A stretch of DNA of 64,000 bases, from the NCBI GenBank assembly GCA_013239625.1, contig MU053934.1, forward strand, positions 6,032,399 through 6,096,398. The letters are read 5' to 3'. This DNA comes from Lama guanicoe (taxonomy: Eukaryota). A program made the position numbers and the translations under genes. Below are positions 57,601 through 64,000 of the stretch, piece by piece. Position 1 is the first letter of the stretch, and every line of letters starts with the position of its first letter. A model generated the notes under the pieces. It saw only the letters and a program-made list of their open reading frames with translations. It did not search any database and had not been told where the DNA came from.

Positions 57601-59037
57601 CCGTCCTGCTCTTACGGACACCAGGCTCATGTCACATTTTGCCGTGAGTCAGAAGGCATAGGGGTGATGTCCTGCTAGATGCTGACTATGTGGCCAAAGG
57701 CTCCCATGCTGCAGTTTTAGCTCCTCTAAACTTCAAGTTTAAATAATCCAAACTGGTATAATGGCTTCATGAAGGGCTTTTGTTCTGCACATGCTCAACT
57801 GAATTAAATTTTTAACTTGGGTTTGTTAGCAAGTTTAGCTTAAAGGGTAGAATTGAAAGGCAGTCCAGCTCTGGAAAATGAACATGGCACATCCCCTCTC
57901 TGCTGTAGCTTAGACTCTAGAACCACCCCACCCACAGCCTTGTCCCCTCACCCAGAATAATTCTCCCCCCCGGCCCTACACACCCCGAGCACAGGGAAGG
58001 GCGGAGGCCCGCCCACCCACCCCGTGCTATACACTGTTTGGGCCGCCACTGGACGTTGCTTCCCACACGTCGTACTCATAACCTCCCTATGAGGTAAGCA
58101 TGTCCGTTTCTGTTTCCAAGAGAAAAATAACTGAGGCTTAGAGAGCAGAAGTCACTTGCCCAAGGCCAAGTTGCTGGCCAGCCACTGAGAAGAGACTCTA
58201 CCCAAGGCCTGATCCCACACCGCAAAGTCACTGCTGCCCCGAGGACCACTCTTCCCTCAAGAAGTTGCTGCATTGAAACTCTATTACTAGAGAGTACTGA
58301 GGTACCACTCCACAGCTTTAACGTCTTAACCATGTACTAACATGGTCTTTTAATAGAGTTAATTCCTTGCTGGGCTCACAAACACTATGGAAATTAGCTA
58401 ACCACTTCTCACAACATTCATTCCTCCACTAAGAGAGAGGGCAAGTCTGTGCTGTTATTCCCACTTTACTGACAGGAGACAGAGGCAGAGAGAGGATGCT
58501 GGGGCGCTCCTCGGGTCAGCTGGAGAAGGAAGACAAGGACATAATGGCGCCTGCCTCCAGGGTGGTGCTGCTGAATACTGCCAGTCAGCAATGTAGTGAC
58601 CTCCCAGCTTGCAAGTAAGCACGAGAGAGAACATGTTTATAATGTTCCTGTGCTGTTTGGGACATACCATTTACCCTGTGGTTATTCAGGGGAAAAAACT
58701 CATTTGGGGAGTGTCAGTACATGAACAGAGAACTTAATTAAAACTAAGTTTTAAAGCCCTAACCTGCTCACTGAGCTTCTCACCAGTGACACTTGCCTGT
58801 TAGATTAGTTGCTCCAGGCTGGGTGGTAAGTGGAGGACGAATAATCCCTTCTGGATAACTGTAGCTCAAAAAAAAAAAATCTAAATATTCACTCCCTCTT
58901 AGTACATTACCACCTTTGTCATAAACAAATGTTATAACTTCCCACTGTTATTTTACTGTAAGTCCTACTCTAGTATCTTGAGAATTTTTTTCCCTTCAAT
59001 GATGCCACATTAGCCATGAAAATAAACACTTACCTCT

Positions 59038-59163
59038 TTGTTTTTTTTGGGGGGGGTGTAACTAGGTTTATTTATTTTGTTTTTAATGGAGGTACTAGGT
59101 ATTGAACCTAGGACCTCATGCATGCTAGGCATGCATTCTATCACTGGGCTGTACCCTCCTCCC
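59038..59163 (-). mobile_element. vic-1-like tRNA SINE
   Basis: Same head (more diverged) and AT-rich tail. Confidence 0.83.
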
Positions 59164-60223
59164 TAACTCTGATCCCAGTAAGTCTTTCCATAGCCAAACT
59201 AGCCATTAAAAAACAAAACAAAAACAAAACTTCATACATTGTTTTAATCAATTTCCTTGGACTATCCTTTGAAATTTGTTTCTAAAAACCTCTAGGTCAG
59301 TTTACCCTAAAGTTATCTTAGTTTAGCCACATACAGAATCCCCACTAACAACTCAGCAACATAACAGAAGTCCTGTACACAATTTAGTACTTTCACTTAC
59401 TAGACAGTGCCATGGGCACCATGCCTGCCTCTGCATAATGGACACACCAAGCCACAGATTTGTGCCCATCAGTGTTAGTAATGCTATAAAAACTGTTTGT
59501 TGCAGGTTTGCAATTGTACAGTTTACACAAACTGGCTCACGGGAGCCCGGGATGGAGAGGTAAATCCTGCCCTATCTCCATCTGACGTATCAGGAAGAGG
59601 CCTGGAGAAATGAAGCAATTGGCTGGAGGTATCAGAGTCAGAAATGACTGAAACCTAATGAATGCGGCAGTGAGAACTTCAATTTTGGAGACAGACTCCA
59701 TCACCCTGCCTCCACCACCACCCAGAGTTTCTTCAAACCTCTTGCTTTCCAGGATGTTCAGGGGCCCAACGTCTTTTTCCCCCCTCAACTCCCAGCCAAA
59801 TTGTGATTGTATCACCCTGACAACTTTCAGCTAGCTGGGTGTTGCAGTCACACACCCACCCCACCAACCAAGGACTGCACTCTGCCATTCCCCTAGCCCT
59901 GCTCTTGGAAGGCTGGAGTCACTGGCGGGATTTGGGATAAACAAGCCAAAGTCCCTGTCCTCTCAGGCAGGGAGAGCTGAGTATTGTTTGGGTTCAAGGC
60001 AGAGAAAGAGATACAAAGTTCTGGGTGCTGTTTAGGGCAGCTTCCTAAAACATCTCCAAATTTGTGTACCCGACTCACGTTTTGCATTTTGTGTTTCATG
60101 AGGAACTCCTAGGAGACTATTTGTATTTTTGAGAAGAGGTAGTTCTCCCACAAAATGTGTAATGGGTACCCTGTGTAAAGGAGTTTTATTTTTTTCCCCA
60201 GGAGAAAAGAGGGACGGTCCTAG

Positions 60224-60854
60224 TGATGCAGGAAAACAGATGTGGAGCATGAGGAGGGCCGTGTCCCAGGTCTCGGTTCAGCCCCTGAGACGTGCCCCGC
60301 CAAGTGTGGGTCCTTGGCTTCGCGCAGGAAGGAATTCAAGAGCGAGCCACAGTTGAGTAAAGAGATACACTGAAAGGCAAGAGAAAGGCCATGAGGTGCG
60401 GGGGTTGGGTGCTCAGATTAAAAGTAGGCACACATTCCATAGACAGAGTGCAGGCCATCTCCGAAGAACAAGGGGGAGAGAGAGAGAGGGAGAGAGCGCA
60501 GCCACGAGGCACCATGTTGCTGGTATTTATGGGCTTGGTGGCTTCATATGCTAATAAGTGGAAGGGCCAGTCTAAGTAGCCTGCGGAAGGGGCTGGGATT
60601 CCCAGGAAGTTGGCCATTTCCCACTCTTTGACCTTTTGTGGCTAGTCCTGGGACTGCCAAGGTGCCCGTGGGCGTGTTGTTTACCACGTTAATATATTAC
60701 AATGAGCGTCTAATGAGGCTCAAGAAATCTACTAGAAATCTCCCACCATCTTGAGCCTCAAGGCCTACTGGGGGTTGAATCTTTCACCATTTTGATGTTA
60801 ATTGTTGTAGCATTCCTTGAATGGCTGTGCTCTGCCCCCTTCCATCCAGTCTCA
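60224..60854 (-). mobile_element. ERV 3' LTR (631 bp, TG...CA), MER4/MER41/LTR8-like 3' end
   Basis: Starts TGAGACTGG directly after PPT GAGGGGGGAA (60855-60864); ATAAATA TATA-like box at 60524-60530; ends ...TTGAATTCCTTCCTGCGCGAAGCCAAG...CCTGCATCA. Confidence 0.8.
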
Positions 60855-61234
60855 TTCCCCCCTCAGAGATTTTACTCCCATAATCTTATGGGGTTGCAGA
60901 GGGGCGAAGGTTGTCTTCTGAAACTGCTTCCAGGCTGAGTAGGGGCGTTGACCCTGCCTATCAGGGAGTAAAAATCTCTGAATGCCTAATCTAGGAGCCC
61001 CAGGGGCAGGACAGCCTTTTGCTTTTGCATCCAAGGACTGAGAGTATGGGCTGGAATTGTTGCACAGCCATCATCTGATGTGGGGCTGCTGTAACCCACT
61101 GTTTTCATTGACTTTTGATGAATTCTCTTAAAGATGAAGCACCTTTGTAACAGCAGTCTGGCAGTCTGACAGTCTGTAATGACAAAAAGACTTAAAAGGC
61201 ATGGTTAAACATTTGTAATCACCGCTACAGGATA

Positions 61235-62300
61235 TCATTTGTTTTTCTTAAACAGGCACCTGAGGTCTTGCATTGCCTCGCAAGTGTAGGTCTCTCCTGG
61301 CTCCTGTTGGGGCTTATAAATTACAGGCTTTATTCTGGACAGATGTACCCAACTACCAATTCCTCGTAGCTTAACGGCAGTTGGGGTGCTCAGTAGCACC
61401 TGATATGGTCCCTTCCATTTTGGTTGCAGCTGGTCTTCAGGGGACCCCTCCTTCCAAGTTTTTAGTAAGACAGAGTCCCCTGATTGGACAGGGACGTCAA
61501 ACTTTTCCTCTGTGGGAAAGGGCAACACTTTGTTTCCATAGTCTCGGAGAGCCTTTTGAACTTGACTTAAGCTAACAATGTGGGAAACTAATCTGAGTTC
61601 CTTGTCAAACAGGAAATCTGCAGTTAAAAAGGGCCTCCATCCATCATTTCAAATGGGCTAAGTTTTAAAATTCCCTTAGGGGCCGTTCTTGTTCTTGGAA
61701 GGGCTATAGGCAGGAGGGGGACCCAGGTTTCTGAAATCTCCAGGTATAGCTTTGTAAGTGTTCTCTTTAGAATGTGATTTGCTTTTTCCACCTTGCCTGA
61801 GGATTGGGGCCTCCAGGAAGAGTGGAGGCGATAGTTAATACCTAGAGCTGAGGAAACCTGTTGAGTCATTTTGGCAGTGAAGGAGGGTCCATTATCACTC
61901 TGTAAGCTTTTTGGTAGCCCAAACGGCGGGATTATTTCTTTGAGCAGAAAACCTGACACTTCTACTGTTCTTTCTGCTCTGGTGGGGAAAGCTTCTACCC
62001 ATCCTGTAAAGGTGTCTATGATTACCAACAGGTATTTCCATCCCTTACAAGAGGGCATCTGGGTAAAGTCCATTTGCCAGTCTTCCTCTGGATAAGTTCC
62101 CCGATGTTGTGTGGGCCAGAGTAAGGGTAGGGGTATATAGGGTGACTCCCTGGGTCATTGCGGCACCAAGTTCACAGGCCCTAGTGACTTCCTTAACAAT
62201 TTGGGACAATCCCTTGCCTAGGAACACTTGAGAAATTAGTCTGAGCATGGAGTCCCGCCTAGGTCGGTGGACTAATGGAGATGCTTAATTATTTTCCATT
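61235..62300 (-). pseudogene. ERV integrase remnant (core DFTQMP, LQSDNGPSF, PQSSGKVEKAN; C-terminal WKGPYQVLL)
   Basis: ORFs 61624..62073 and 61235..61528, frameshifted; 5' boundary approximate. Confidence 0.9.
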
Positions 62301-62970
62301 GTTTGTCCCTAGGAATGAGAAGCTTATTATCTTTTGTCAGTACCCCAAGAGATTCTTTTCTAGCCCCGTGTTTAGGCCATTCAACCTCTTCAGGTGTACA
62401 GGACGGCACCGTTGGGAGAGGCTGGTCCTCAGGTAGGAGAACTGCAGCTTGTAAGACTGGCTGTTCTCTGACTGCAACTTTGGCGCCTTGTCTGAGAGGA
62501 TGTTTCCCTTTATAAGGGAAGAATCACTCTTTGGGTGTCCCCTGCAGTGTATGACTGCAACCTCTTTCGAAAGCTGGACTGCTTCTAGGAGTTTCAGAAT
62601 TTCTACCTGGTGTTTGATAGGGGACCCCTTGGCTGTGAGCAGTCCTCTTTCTTTCCATATGGCAGCATGGGCATGTAACACTAGGAATCCATCAGTATAG
62701 ATATTGATTCTTAAACCTTTTCTTAACTAGAGTGCTCTGACTAAAGCAATCAGTTCAGCCTTTTGGGCAGAAGTCTGGGAGGGCAGAGCTCCAGACTCAA
62801 TGACTGTTTGTAGGTTTGCTGTAGCGTAACCAGCTCTCCTTGTTTCGTTATGCATAAAGCTGCTTCCATCAGTAAACCATCCTGCATAGGGATTGACAGG
62901 GGCTCATCCCTGAGATCTGGCTGGCTACAGTAAACTTGTTCAATAGTCTCCACACAGGAGTGAATAAGGG
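62301..62970 (-). pseudogene. ERV tether/RNase H remnant (WFTDGSSF, HAHAAIWKERG, VAVIHCRGH)
   Basis: Motifs in ORFs 62337..62681 and 62750..62995 plus manual translation. Confidence 0.85.
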
Positions 62971-63813
62971 TGAGTCTGGATGCAGAGGAATACAAAAGAA
63001 AGCATCCTTTAGGTCTAGTACTGTGAACCAGATTGCATTTTCTGGGACCTGGGTCAATAAAGTATAGGGATTAGGGACTATAGAATGAATAGGGACCACT
63101 GCCTCATTAAGTGTCCTTAGATCTTGAACAAACCAGTATTCTCCATTTTGCTTTCTTATGGGCAACATGGGAGTATTACATGGAGATTGGCAGGATCGTA
63201 ACAGCCGTACTTTAAAAACTTGGTTATTAAAGGCTGGATACCTTGTTGGGCCTTGGGCCTCAAGGGATATTGTCTCCTCCATGCATAATCAGCACTTGGC
63301 TTTAAGGAGATCTGAACTGGGGGCACATTAGTAGCCTTGCCTGGGACCTCTGTGTCCCAGACAACAGAGTTTACTTGAGAAACAATATGAGGTGGAAGGG
63401 AGAGCCCCCCTGGTTTAGTATTGAGGTGGGTTCCCAAGGCCAAGAGTTTTTCTTGGTGGATGCCTTCTTGATGAGGGTCTCCAAATTGTATTACTGTCTG
63501 GAATTTAGTGAGTAAACCCCTTCCCAACAAGGGGATGGGGCATTCAGGCATGAGCAGAAACTGATGTGCAAAGGTAAAATTTTCTAGCAGGCAGCTAAGG
63601 GAGGACGTGAATCACTTGGTTTCGGGCTATCAATCCCCGTTACTTCACAGTATTAGAAGGACAAGGGTCCAGGGAAATCAGTCAGCAGAGTAGGCAACTG
63701 CTGTATCTAATAAAAAAAAAAACTTTTCTGCTTGCCACGTCACGGGTTACCCGAGGCTCCTCCAGAGAAATGACCAAATGTCCTATGGGAGCCAGGGAGG
63801 GCCTTGGGCCCCA
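62971..63813 (-). pseudogene. ERV protease (decayed LDTA active site at 63699-63710) and N-terminal RT (QYPL, QDLR, PNPYTLL, LDLKDAFF)
   Basis: ORFs 63156..63551 and 62869..63282; frameshift in a T-run before the active site. Confidence 0.85.
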
Positions 63814-64000
63814 TCGGTCTTCAATTACCTCAGCCATCATTGGTTTGGGAGCCCCAAGCCCCCTTCAGGGCTGGCGGCAGTCCCATTTCCAGTGGCCTTT
63901 TCGTTTGCATATCGGGCAGGGTCCCCATGAACCTTTTTTAAACATAGGGCATTCATTCTTCCAGTGGCCCTCCTGGCTGCACTTAAAACAGGTCCCTTTT
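63814..64000 (-). pseudogene. ERV gag nucleocapsid with two CX2CX4HX4C knuckles
   Basis: Manual translation CFKCSQEGHWKNEC (63949-63990) and CPICKRKGHWKWDC (63877-63918); premature TGA at 63865-63867. Confidence 0.88.

Larger units (their letters stand above)
60224..64000 (-). mobile_element. Degenerate class I (ERV1, gamma-like) endogenous retrovirus, cut at its 5' side by the window edge, antisense in TEF intron 1
   Basis: gag CCHC knuckles, pro, RT, RNase H and IN motifs in order on the - strand, then PPT and LTR; many stops and frameshifts. Confidence 0.93.

Noticed and set aside
1..64000. CRISPR arrays, operons or prokaryotic defence systems
   Set aside because: The sequence is mammalian with spliced genes; no repeat-spacer periodicity seen; the RT and integrase motifs belong to a decayed ERV

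Overview
Mammalian genomic DNA, probably camelid (five vic-1-like tRNA-Ala SINEs and a Tigger2-type MITE; no Alu, BovB/Bov-A or PRE-1 recognised). The window opens in the CpG island at the 5' end of ZC3H7B intron 1; the non-coding exon 1 appears to lie upstream of the window. It holds all 22 coding exons of ZC3H7B/RoXaN on the + strand (ATG 18678 to TAG 45838). I spliced these by hand: every junction is GT-AG and phase-compatible, giving 2931 nt / 976 aa, followed by a ~2.65 kb 3' UTR ending near 48490. About 3.8 kb downstream lie the GC-rich distal promoter and alternative first coding exon of the PAR-bZIP clock-output gene TEF (52283-52385). The window ends inside a decayed class I (ERV1) provirus on the - strand in TEF intron 1 (gag knuckles, pro, truncated RT, RNase H, integrase, no env, 3' LTR 60224-60854). 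Most ORFs in the supplied track are GC-rich noise. I found no wholly new multi-gene system. The best leads are an apparent R-region-only retrocopy of the ERV LTR family in ZC3H7B intron 1, a perfect D-box plus E-boxes around the TEF distal exon, a 3' UTR hairpin masking a Pumilio element, and several candidate cryptic or regulatory splicing events. Gene and repeat names come from recall, not database searches.
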